Assembly: GCF_026410145.1 (NCBI RefSeq)
Contig: NZ_JAPMLO010000004.1
DNA: 64,000 bases
Origin: Marinicella marina
GTDB taxonomy: Bacteria; Pseudomonadota; Gammaproteobacteria; Xanthomonadales; Marinicellaceae
Reading direction: 5' to 3' (one strand)
Shown: positions 39,783 to 48,547 of the stretch, piece by piece
Layout: every line of letters starts with the position of its first letter
Position numbering within the stretch: the stretch's first letter is position 1
Made by a program: the position numbers and the translations under genes
The notes under the pieces: model-generated
What the model was told of the DNA's origin: nothing
The model's database searches: none
What the model saw: the letters and a program-made list of their open reading frames with translations, nothing else

Positions 39783-40283
39783 ATGCATAAAAAAATACGC
39801 TTCATATTTACCCTTCTGATATCGACACTGATATTTCAGAGCCCAGTTAAAGCCAGTTTTAAACCTACTTGGTGGGGCGCATCAGCTGGACAAATCAATG
39901 TGTTCAGAGAAAACCAGTTTAAAAACAATTTCTATGGATTAGAGGTCAGATTTACACCCATCACTCAATGGTCCTTGACCCCTTCCCTGGGGTATCAATG
40001 GAGTGACAGTGGTATCAGTTACTTTTACTCGGGATTGAGTTATGACATTGACCTATCAGACCGTTGGACTTTCGATGTACATTCTGGTGTCGGCCTGTAT
40101 GACGATGGTCAGTTCTTAAATTTGGGGCACACGGTACAATTCCGCTCGGGCATTGAGTTTGATTACCAGCTGACACCAAAACAAAAGCTTGGTATCGTTA
40201 TCAATCATTTTTCTAACAGCCGTTTATCTGCTGTTAATCCAGGTACTGAGTCAGTTTCATTGATTTATTTGAATAAATTTTGA
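39783..40283 (+). CDS. PagL-like outer-membrane lipid A 3-O-deacylase / acyloxyacyl hydrolase family protein
   Basis: Signal peptide, amphipathic beta-strand pattern, and INHFSNS (H-x-S-N catalytic motif of PagL family). Confidence 0.55.
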   Translation: MHKKIRFIFTLLISTLIFQSPVKASFKPTWWGASAGQINVFRENQFKNNFYGLEVRFTPITQWSLTPSLGYQWSDSGISYFYSGLSYDIDLSDRWTFDVHSGVGLYDDGQFLNLGHTVQFRSGIEFDYQLTPKQKLGIVINHFSNSRLSAVNPGTESVSLIYLNKF

Positions 40284-40367
40284 ATACCAGCATCACCCCC
40301 CAAACTGCTCCAGCGTGAACTCGTAGCTGCTGTAGTTAGAGAAATCCTCACGTTATGTTATTAATAA

Positions 40368-41333
40368 ATGGCTTATAATGAAGAAAAAAACAATCCCATT
40401 GATGTGAATAATATATATAAAATAAAGCACATAAGCATTGATTTCGACGACCACAAATTAACCTCCAATGGCGTCGAAATGAGTATTGACTACAAAGCAA
40501 TTGAAGTGTTGCGGTTGATGGTTGAACGCGCCAACGAAACCATCACCACAGATGATTTTATGGAACAAATATGGCGGGACAAACCCTCTTCTCCCGAGGT
40601 TATTCCTGCGGCCATAGCCCGCTTAAGGAAAGTTTTTAAAAAAGCAGGCATCAGTGATGATTTGATTGTTACGGTGCATAAAGTGGGTTACCGTTTTGAA
40701 CCGCCTCCTGAGCAGCCCGTCATGACGACCACTCAAAGTAAAAAACACCCAGTCATACAAGGCCTTTTCTTGGTGCTGATTATTGGTGCTTTATTGGGCA
40801 GCATGGCGTTGAACATCATGTATTACATGAGCAACCTCCCCGATGACAAAGTAGCAGCAATCAAAGCGGCCAAAATTGCTAAGGAATCTGAGTCTGATGT
40901 CACTCAAATATACATCCTTAGACACACCGAAAAAACCGATGATTTTGCTGAAGACCCATTGCTTTCAGAGCGTGGTATTGAGCGCGCAAAGTACTGGAAA
41001 AAAGTATTGCAACACATTGAATTTGATCGTGTTTTTACCACAGATTTTAAACGCAACATCATGACCGCTGAGCTTATTGCAGATGCAAGCACCGTGCAAC
41101 CAGACTTGTATTATCCGATGTCGTTTGATGTGTTGAAATTCATCAACCAAATACGCGGCCAAAAAGTGCTGGTGATTGGCCACAGCAATACCATCCCTGA
41201 CATGGTTAATCGTTTGATTGATGAAACAAAATACCCACCCATGAGTCATGAAAACTACAACATTTTATATGTTGTCAATATCAACAAAGATGGCGCCACC
41301 AGTTCCAGCATGTTGCACATTGAATTACCTTAA
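40368..41333 (+). CDS. ToxR/CadC-like membrane-anchored transcriptional regulator (OmpR-type wHTH - TM - histidine-phosphatase/PGAM-like domain)
   Basis: N-terminal trans_reg_C pattern (IARLRKVF...TVHKVGYRFE). Single TM GLFLVLIIGALLGSMALNIMYYM. C-terminal YILRHTEKTDD and VLVIGHSNTI resemble the RHG and HG motifs of branch-1 histidine phosphatases. Confidence 0.6.
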   Translation: MAYNEEKNNPIDVNNIYKIKHISIDFDDHKLTSNGVEMSIDYKAIEVLRLMVERANETITTDDFMEQIWRDKPSSPEVIPAAIARLRKVFKKAGISDDLIVTVHKVGYRFEPPPEQPVMTTTQSKKHPVIQGLFLVLIIGALLGSMALNIMYYMSNLPDDKVAAIKAAKIAKESESDVTQIYILRHTEKTDDFAEDPLLSERGIERAKYWKKVLQHIEFDRVFTTDFKRNIMTAELIADASTVQPDLYYPMSFDVLKFINQIRGQKVLVIGHSNTIPDMVNRLIDETKYPPMSHENYNILYVVNINKDGATSSSMLHIELP

Positions 41334-41350
41334 TAATGCAGCTGTTGTGT

Positions 41351-42211
41351 TCAAAGACTGTAGAATGTGGTGTAAAAAAGTATCATGCGGTAAATAATAA
41401 ATACCCAATACACGCTGAAAGTAAAAACCAGCGCCTTAATCAGACTAAGGGTAACATTATTTTGATAAACCCGCCGACTGGCCAAATAGAAATAAACCCC
41501 AAAACACGTAAACATCAGCAATGAATAAATCAGTTCAACAGCATACCCACTGGATTGCAAGACTGCTATGAAGGAAGACAAATACAACAACGACTGCAAC
41601 AGCACATGAGTCATTAGCGCTTGTAGTAATAACATGAAAGCAAACACGTGTGTGGCAAATACCAAACTTGAAACCACTGGATGTGATTGGCTTGGATACA
41701 ACAAAAACACCACCACTGCAAACATGGGTACCATCAACATCACCAATGTCCGTGCTTGAAACTCGGCCGTATCATTAAATGCTTCAGCAAACTCGCCTGC
41801 ATCCTGGCCTGTTTGCTTCAAACGATCAGAGACCAATTCTTGCGCCACTTTTTGGTGGATGAAGTTTTCAGCATTCAAATGAGTTTTCAGCGGCGTGGTA
41901 AAGGCCGAATAACCAACGAGTCCCGCAATCAGGAAGAATTTGATGCTACAAAATAACAACAGTTGAAAAGGCGTGAGCAGGTGTTTTCTGATGCCTGACA
42001 GGTAATGTGTCGATAACACACCAGGCTGGGTCAACAACAACTTAATGGTCTTTAACCACTTGCCATCAATGTCCGTGACTGCTGCGATGGCATGTTTGGC
42101 TACTTTTGAAATTGATAAATCATGCTGTGAAAATTGTTTTTCACCACATTGGTGACAAAACTGCCCAATTATCACCTCATCACAACTTGGACAGTTTTGT
42201 TGTTCACCCAT
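41351..42211 (-). CDS. DUF3667-like membrane protein with N-terminal zinc ribbon
   Basis: CPSCDEVIIGQFCHQCGEK zinc ribbon followed by polytopic TM region. Confidence 0.55.
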   Translation of the reverse strand: MGEQQNCPSCDEVIIGQFCHQCGEKQFSQHDLSISKVAKHAIAAVTDIDGKWLKTIKLLLTQPGVLSTHYLSGIRKHLLTPFQLLLFCSIKFFLIAGLVGYSAFTTPLKTHLNAENFIHQKVAQELVSDRLKQTGQDAGEFAEAFNDTAEFQARTLVMLMVPMFAVVVFLLYPSQSHPVVSSLVFATHVFAFMLLLQALMTHVLLQSLLYLSSFIAVLQSSGYAVELIYSLLMFTCFGVYFYLASRRVYQNNVTLSLIKALVFTFSVYWVFIIYRMILFYTTFYSL

Positions 42212-42217
42212 GGAATT

Positions 42218-44113
42218 TTATTGTACTTGTTGTTTGGCCACCCAGGCATTGACATTATCCTCTAAAACAGCCATCGGTACAGCGCCACCCAGTAACACCA
42301 AGTCATGGAATGCTTTGATATCAAATGACTCACCCAATGCCTTTCTCGCCATGTCTCGCAGTTCAACTATTTTGATCATACCCAGTTTATAACCCAATGC
42401 TTGCCCAGGCCAAACCATGTAACGTTCAATTTCCGCGACCACGTCTGAATCAACAGTACCAGTGGTTTCGGCCATGTACTGAATGGCCTCTTCGCGGCTC
42501 CATTTTTTGTGGTGTAAACCAGTATCAACCACCAGCCTCACTGCGCGAAACAGCTCAGCCTTCAAACGACCTAAATCACCATACGGGTCACCATCATACA
42601 TGCCCATTTCTTTGGCCACCAACTCAGAATACAAAGCCCAACCTTCAACGTATGCATTATAAGGAGCAATCCTGCGGACCATAGGTAGACTTTCTTGCGC
42701 CAGATTCAAGGCCACTTGCCAATGATGGCCAGGGTTGGCCTCGTGGTATGTCAGGGTTTTTAAATCAAACTTGGCATTGGCTTTGATGTCACGCAAGTTA
42801 ATCCAATATATACCCGGCTGGGAACCATCAATTTTTGGTGAAGAATACATACCACCGGGTGCTGATGCCTCGCGCGCTTTAGGAAAAGCACGAACCTCAA
42901 CATCATACGGTGGTTTGGTGCCAAACTGTTCTGGCATGCGCACATTAATTTCTTCTATGTAACCATTCAAATCAGCCAATAACTGATTTCTACCAGCCTC
43001 TGAATCTTCATAAAGAAACTGCGGATCATCATTGATCTGCAACATCCGTTCACCAACCGTGCCCTCGGTGTGACCATTGGCTACCAAAATGGCATCCATC
43101 TCGGCCGATATGCGGGTCACTTCATCCAAACCCACTTGGTGGATTTGCTCAGGGGTCAAGTCGGTATCACCGAGCATTTTTACCGCATCGGCATAATACG
43201 CGTCACCATTGGGTTGTGCCCAGATACCTGATTCATCGGTGGCCTTTTCTAACAATTGTTGCTGGGCTTGAATCATCATGCGGTAACCAGCATAAATGTT
43301 ATTGGCTATGTGCTCCTCAGCCTCTATCAACATGCGCTGTCTTTCAGTCTCTTCAAGCTCAGTGAGGGCATCGACTTGAGTGGCGAAGGTTTTGTACAAA
43401 GGATGCGTTTTAGGCTCCGGTGCAATAAAGGCCTCCAAGCCTGCAATGGTTTTATTGATGATGATTTTAGGGGCAATCCAGCCTGATTCAACATCTGCCG
43501 ATAGTTTGGCCATCACACCTTGCATGAAGGCATCAAATTCATCCAATCGTTTGAGGTAGTCTTCAGCATCTTTGATGGTACTAATTTTATGGTTGTTAAC
43601 CATGTAATTGGGTACATCAATCAAGGGGCCATTAATCTGACTGACTATAAAAGGTGTCAAGCCCATCCAAAGGTCTATATAACCGATGGGGAATTTTTCA
43701 TTCCCAGCAAAATAACGATTCAAGTTCATCATCACTTTTTTGTTGTCTAGATCGACCTGATCAGTAACTTCAAGGTTGGCTAACTGCTGGTTGATTCGTC
43801 GCATTTGTGCCCTTAACTTTGCTTCAGCTTCGGGCGAATAATCATCCAAACGATCATTGTAATAACCACCAGCCAGTCGCTGCTCCACACCCAAGACAGT
43901 GGCATAGTGTGGCCTGGCCGCAAATAAAGTGATGGCACTGGTTTCGAAATTGGCAGCCAACGGGGTGGTGATTGTCTCATCGGCTTTTTGCACTGCCTCA
44001 ACCACTTCCAATGCTGCATCAGTTTCAACAGCATTGTCTGGTACAGATTGGTCTTTACAACCAACCAAAAAAACCAAAACTGCCAATGCCAGCGTGTTAT
44101 TTAATTTCCGCAT
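42218..44113 (-). CDS. DUF885 family lipoprotein (putative metallopeptidase)
   Basis: Lipoprotein signal LAVLVFLVGC. HEANPGHHWQ matches the HExxPGHH motif of DUF885. 631 aa. Confidence 0.7.
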   Translation of the reverse strand: MRKLNNTLALAVLVFLVGCKDQSVPDNAVETDAALEVVEAVQKADETITTPLAANFETSAITLFAARPHYATVLGVEQRLAGGYYNDRLDDYSPEAEAKLRAQMRRINQQLANLEVTDQVDLDNKKVMMNLNRYFAGNEKFPIGYIDLWMGLTPFIVSQINGPLIDVPNYMVNNHKISTIKDAEDYLKRLDEFDAFMQGVMAKLSADVESGWIAPKIIINKTIAGLEAFIAPEPKTHPLYKTFATQVDALTELEETERQRMLIEAEEHIANNIYAGYRMMIQAQQQLLEKATDESGIWAQPNGDAYYADAVKMLGDTDLTPEQIHQVGLDEVTRISAEMDAILVANGHTEGTVGERMLQINDDPQFLYEDSEAGRNQLLADLNGYIEEINVRMPEQFGTKPPYDVEVRAFPKAREASAPGGMYSSPKIDGSQPGIYWINLRDIKANAKFDLKTLTYHEANPGHHWQVALNLAQESLPMVRRIAPYNAYVEGWALYSELVAKEMGMYDGDPYGDLGRLKAELFRAVRLVVDTGLHHKKWSREEAIQYMAETTGTVDSDVVAEIERYMVWPGQALGYKLGMIKIVELRDMARKALGESFDIKAFHDLVLLGGAVPMAVLEDNVNAWVAKQQVQ

Positions 44114-44277
44114 AAATCATTCAACCCAAAAATAAGATACCCCATCTTACTGACATCGAATTATTTTTTCCATGTTAGATTACAGCTCAATATGCCTGAT
44201 GGGAACAGCAAGCGAAGATCTAACAGCTCACAATGAACAGCATGCTGAGTTTTAATGACATCACTTTCTGATTTATA

Positions 44278-46494
44278 ATGAATCCCGCCTTTTACCCAGT
44301 TAAATATGTCATCATGAGACTAAAACGTACTGCAAACAGCCTTTTCCTTGTTTTTATTGCATTAATGACAGCAGCTTGCCAATCCCCGTCACAAAAAAAA
44401 CAGACCGATGCTGTCAATATTTTTAATCTAGATGCGCTTTACGCTGACCAGAGCATCATTGGTACCACACCAGTCAAACCAGCCTGGTCCAGTGATGGTG
44501 TTCATCTGGCATTTTTATGGAACGATGAAGGATTTACCTTTCGAGACGTTTGGAGCTACTCAACTGTCACTGGAGAAAAACGGCAGCTCACACACAAAGT
44601 AGATGAAGCTGCGCTTGAGCAAAAAATTGCTGGTGGTGAAGCTGGCATCAGCGAAGTGGTTTGGCTCAATGCTGCTGAACAACAGTTTCTCTATGTTTTG
44701 CATGGCCAACTGTATTCACAAAAAAACAAACAAAACGCCATTCAGCTTGAAACAGATAAAAAAACCATCAGCAATCTGGCCCTTGATCCTCAAGGAAAAC
44801 AGCTGGCATTCATCAGCGAAGGGTCTCTGTGGCTGCGACCAGTGAATACTGCAGCGCAAAATGCAGCCATTAGCTTGGCATCAGGACTTAACCCCAAAGC
44901 CCCAATAGTCAGTTTCAAGTGGGCCAAAGACGGTCAATCACTGGCTTATCAAATCAACGATTACAACCCTTTACCTGAACGAGACATCCATTATTATACC
45001 GCCGATGGCGCTATTAAAGATCGTGTCACAAGGGCGTTTCCAGGTGACGAAACTGCTGAGTACCATTTGGGCATGGTCAATGTTGACGGCAATAAAACCA
45101 CTTTTGAGCGACCCAATGCAAGTGATTATATTTGGCATTATGGTATTTCTGCCGACGGACAATCGGTGTTTATTAACAGTTCTGATTTGTTGATCAAAAA
45201 CCACACCATTTATGTGTTTGATACCCAAACCGCCAATAGACAGGTGTTTTATCATGAGTACGATCCCAAACACTTGCGACCTGATTGGCAAGTGGCATGG
45301 GCGCCAGATGATGAAGGATTAATTATCCTGTCAGACAGAGACGGTTACTTACACCTCTACCATCAAAAAACCGCAGCGCAGCAACCCGTTCAGCTTACCA
45401 GTGGAGAATGGGAAATTGCCTCGTTTGCTGTCAGCCAGGTGGATAAAAGGATTTATTTCATAGCCAACAAATCTTACTTATCAGAACGTCAAATTTACAG
45501 CGTGGCTCTGACTGATACAGAAATCAAGCGAGTCAGCCCAACCACACCTGGCACCCATGAGTTTTATTTGTCGCCTGCTCAAAACTTCACAGCCACACTT
45601 TTTTCCAATGATGCCACACCATTGGAATTGTATGTGATTGATTTGCAAAGTAATGAATCAAAACAAATCACCCACTCACCGTTGCCCGCATTCGACCAAT
45701 ATACTTGGGCTGATATCAGTTACATTGAATTCCCCAGTCATTTAGATGGCACCAACTTGGTGGGCAGACTGAGCTTGCCGGCCGATTACAATCCGACAAA
45801 AAAATACCCTTTGATTGTTGGTTCGGTGTATTCTGACAGCGTCAGAAATCAGTACGGAGGGCGCACATCACACCCCACCTGGGGCTTGGATAAGTACCTG
45901 GTATCAAAAGGCTACATCATTTTAAACGTCAATGTCAGAGGCAGCTGGGGCCAAGGCAGAAAACACAACCAAGGCCTTCGCTACGGTTATGGCGTTATCG
46001 ATATAGAAGATTTACACAGTGGCGTAAAATATCTTATATCTGAAGGTATGGTTTCCACTGATCGTGTTGGCATTTGGGGTTCAAGTTATGGTGGCCTGAT
46101 GACCATGATGTCCTTGTTTAAAAAACCTGGAGTTTATGCCGCAGGCATTGCTGGTGCCCCAGCCACCAACGTTGCACATGCCTACCCAGGTCAGATGTGG
46201 GTGATGGGTGAGCCCACCGGCGATGATCAGCCAGACCGGTACCAAAACCAATCACCGCTGTATCACACCGACGGTTTGGTCGACCCTTTGATGATTATTC
46301 ATGGCAGCAAAGATCCAGTGGTGTTGTACTCCGACACCATAGCAGTGATAGAAAAGCTGATTGAAAAACAACAAATATTTGAGTTGGTCACCCTGCCCGG
46401 AACCAGTCATGGTTGGGATGCAGAGGGTAATGATGTTCGGTTGTTTTCATTCAAGAAGATGGTCGAATTCTTTGACCGGCATTTGAAACGCTGA
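44278..46494 (+). CDS. S9 family serine peptidase (beta-propeller + prolyl-oligopeptidase-type alpha/beta hydrolase), lipoprotein
   Basis: GSSYGG nucleophile elbow, C-terminal D and H (GTSHGW). N-terminal lipobox ALMTAAC. Start may be the Met at about 44314. Confidence 0.85.
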   Translation: MNPAFYPVKYVIMRLKRTANSLFLVFIALMTAACQSPSQKKQTDAVNIFNLDALYADQSIIGTTPVKPAWSSDGVHLAFLWNDEGFTFRDVWSYSTVTGEKRQLTHKVDEAALEQKIAGGEAGISEVVWLNAAEQQFLYVLHGQLYSQKNKQNAIQLETDKKTISNLALDPQGKQLAFISEGSLWLRPVNTAAQNAAISLASGLNPKAPIVSFKWAKDGQSLAYQINDYNPLPERDIHYYTADGAIKDRVTRAFPGDETAEYHLGMVNVDGNKTTFERPNASDYIWHYGISADGQSVFINSSDLLIKNHTIYVFDTQTANRQVFYHEYDPKHLRPDWQVAWAPDDEGLIILSDRDGYLHLYHQKTAAQQPVQLTSGEWEIASFAVSQVDKRIYFIANKSYLSERQIYSVALTDTEIKRVSPTTPGTHEFYLSPAQNFTATLFSNDATPLELYVIDLQSNESKQITHSPLPAFDQYTWADISYIEFPSHLDGTNLVGRLSLPADYNPTKKYPLIVGSVYSDSVRNQYGGRTSHPTWGLDKYLVSKGYIILNVNVRGSWGQGRKHNQGLRYGYGVIDIEDLHSGVKYLISEGMVSTDRVGIWGSSYGGLMTMMSLFKKPGVYAAGIAGAPATNVAHAYPGQMWVMGEPTGDDQPDRYQNQSPLYHTDGLVDPLMIIHGSKDPVVLYSDTIAVIEKLIEKQQIFELVTLPGTSHGWDAEGNDVRLFSFKKMVEFFDRHLKR

Positions 46495-46528
46495 GCCATG
46501 ATGCTTAGTTCACTTCACCCTGAGATTT

Positions 46529-46978
46529 ATGATGACTGAAACCACCCTACTGATTGTTTGCTCAAATTGCGCCACAAAAAATCGCGTGCCGCAGGCCAAA
46601 CTTGATCACCAACCCCGTTGTGGCAAATGTGGCGAACAGGTACTTTCCAAACGTCCAATCGCTGCCAACAATCAAAACTTTAATCTTTATGTCAGCAACA
46701 ATGATTTACCAGTGGTGGTAGATTTCTGGGCTGAGTGGTGCGGCCCGTGTAAACAGTTTGCACCCACTTTTGCGAGCATGGCCGCAGATATGGACAAACT
46801 GGCTTGTTTCATAAAGCTCAATACAGAGCACAATCAAAACATTGCTGGCATGTATAACATTCGTTCCATTCCAACTCTAATGATCATTCATCATGGTAAA
46901 GAAATCGCACGCGTTTCAGGGGCATTGACCACCACTCAATTGACCGAATGGCTGGTTCAGAATTTACCGGGACTTTAA
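46529..46978 (+). CDS. trxC: Thioredoxin 2 (N-terminal zinc-finger thioredoxin)
   Basis: CSNC...CGKCGE zinc-binding pairs plus WCGPC active site. Confidence 0.85.
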   Translation: MMTETTLLIVCSNCATKNRVPQAKLDHQPRCGKCGEQVLSKRPIAANNQNFNLYVSNNDLPVVVDFWAEWCGPCKQFAPTFASMAADMDKLACFIKLNTEHNQNIAGMYNIRSIPTLMIIHHGKEIARVSGALTTTQLTEWLVQNLPGL

Positions 46979-47023
46979 GGGCATAGAAAAAAGCCAACAC
47001 ATCTCCACATGAATTGTGAGGGC

Positions 47024-48391
47024 TCATTCTACTTTTGATATTTTCTCACGCTTGATTGCTGGCGTCAGTAAGGCCAGCCTCCCTCTGGTATAAAACCATG
47101 CCACCGCAGCGCTGAGTAAGACAATGGTCACTATGGCCCAAAAAATAGCGTACAAACCGTAACCCAACACGTTAATCAGCAGATAAAAGGCGATGATTGG
47201 TAACACCATTTGACGCAAAATACCAATAACCAGCGGAAATAAGGGCTGTTTCACAGCCTGTAGCAGCGCGTTGGAACAGAACAACATCATGTAACCAAAA
47301 AACGCAAACGCATCAGCCCGCAGGTAGTAAACCCCAACACCGATGATTTCTTGGTTATCGGTGAACTGGGTCATCATCAAAGGTGATAAGAAAATCATGG
47401 TGGGAATAAAGACAATTGAAATCAATAAGGCCACTTTCAATGACTTGGCATAGATTTCTCTGACCCTTTCAATGTTGCCAGCACCGTAATTCTGACCGAC
47501 CAAAGCCATCACCGAAGCATTTAAACCCAGTGCTGGCATCAACAACAACTGCTCAATGCGGATGCCCACAGAATAACCAGCAACCGGAAAATCACCAAAT
47601 TGCGAGATAAAGTATATGGTGATAAAACCACCAATGATGATGGTCAGCATGTTCATGCTGGCCGGCATGATTTGTGCCATTAATTGGCGCCAATGCTCAA
47701 AATTATAGGCTGGTTTGGACCATACCCCAGCTTCAATCATCAACACCTTCCATAAATACAAAGATGAGCCCATTTTTATGATTAAGGTTGACCATGCCAA
47801 ACCAGCCGCACCTAAGTCAAAAACGAAAATAAACAATGGGTTCAACAGCCAATTGGCAAAGAACCCAACCACCAACACATTCCTGTAACTGGTGGTGTTG
47901 CCATGCGCAATCAAAGCGCCAGCAAAACAGCTGGTCAAATTAAAGAACACATTGCCCCACAGAATCACTGAGGTGTATTCCCATGCCACCGTAACAATTT
48001 GAGCATCATCACTGAGAAAGCTCAACAGGTCTTGGGCGAACAATAAGCCCAAGATCAAAATAAGCAATGATAAAAACCAAGTGATGCCATGAGAACAATT
48101 CAACCACTCGATCACTTGTTTCTTGTTCTTACTGCCCAAATCTGCAGCCACCATGGCTGAAGTGCCGCTTTGCAGACCCATACCCAAGGCCAAAAACAAG
48201 GCAAAAACGATACTGGCAATAGAAAGTCCAGACAATGCAATGTCCGAAATTTGACCAGCAAACCAGTTATCAGTGAGGTTATAAAGGGTGTTGAAGACCA
48301 TGCCTAAGGCGGCAGGAATTCCTATGCGAATCATGTGCTTATAGACAGAACCTCGGGTTAAGTCTTTATCTGCTGCTGTGGTGACTTTCAT
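47024..48391 (-). CDS. MATE family efflux transporter
   Basis: 455 aa, 12 TM segments, duplicated 6-TM organisation typical of MATE/NorM. Confidence 0.8.
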   Translation of the reverse strand: MKVTTAADKDLTRGSVYKHMIRIGIPAALGMVFNTLYNLTDNWFAGQISDIALSGLSIASIVFALFLALGMGLQSGTSAMVAADLGSKNKKQVIEWLNCSHGITWFLSLLILILGLLFAQDLLSFLSDDAQIVTVAWEYTSVILWGNVFFNLTSCFAGALIAHGNTTSYRNVLVVGFFANWLLNPLFIFVFDLGAAGLAWSTLIIKMGSSLYLWKVLMIEAGVWSKPAYNFEHWRQLMAQIMPASMNMLTIIIGGFITIYFISQFGDFPVAGYSVGIRIEQLLLMPALGLNASVMALVGQNYGAGNIERVREIYAKSLKVALLISIVFIPTMIFLSPLMMTQFTDNQEIIGVGVYYLRADAFAFFGYMMLFCSNALLQAVKQPLFPLVIGILRQMVLPIIAFYLLINVLGYGLYAIFWAIVTIVLLSAAVAWFYTRGRLALLTPAIKREKISKVE

Positions 48392-48547
48392 CTACATCTG
48401 GATAAGAAGGTGAATAGATTGTAGCAGAATGTTCAGATCAGCAAGAATATTTGCTGCTACTTGTTTGGTGCAGCATCAAACAATAAAAATTAAGCGGCCA
48501 CATGATGCGAAAGGCTGTGAATCAGCCCTTCGCTTAAAAGTACATGT

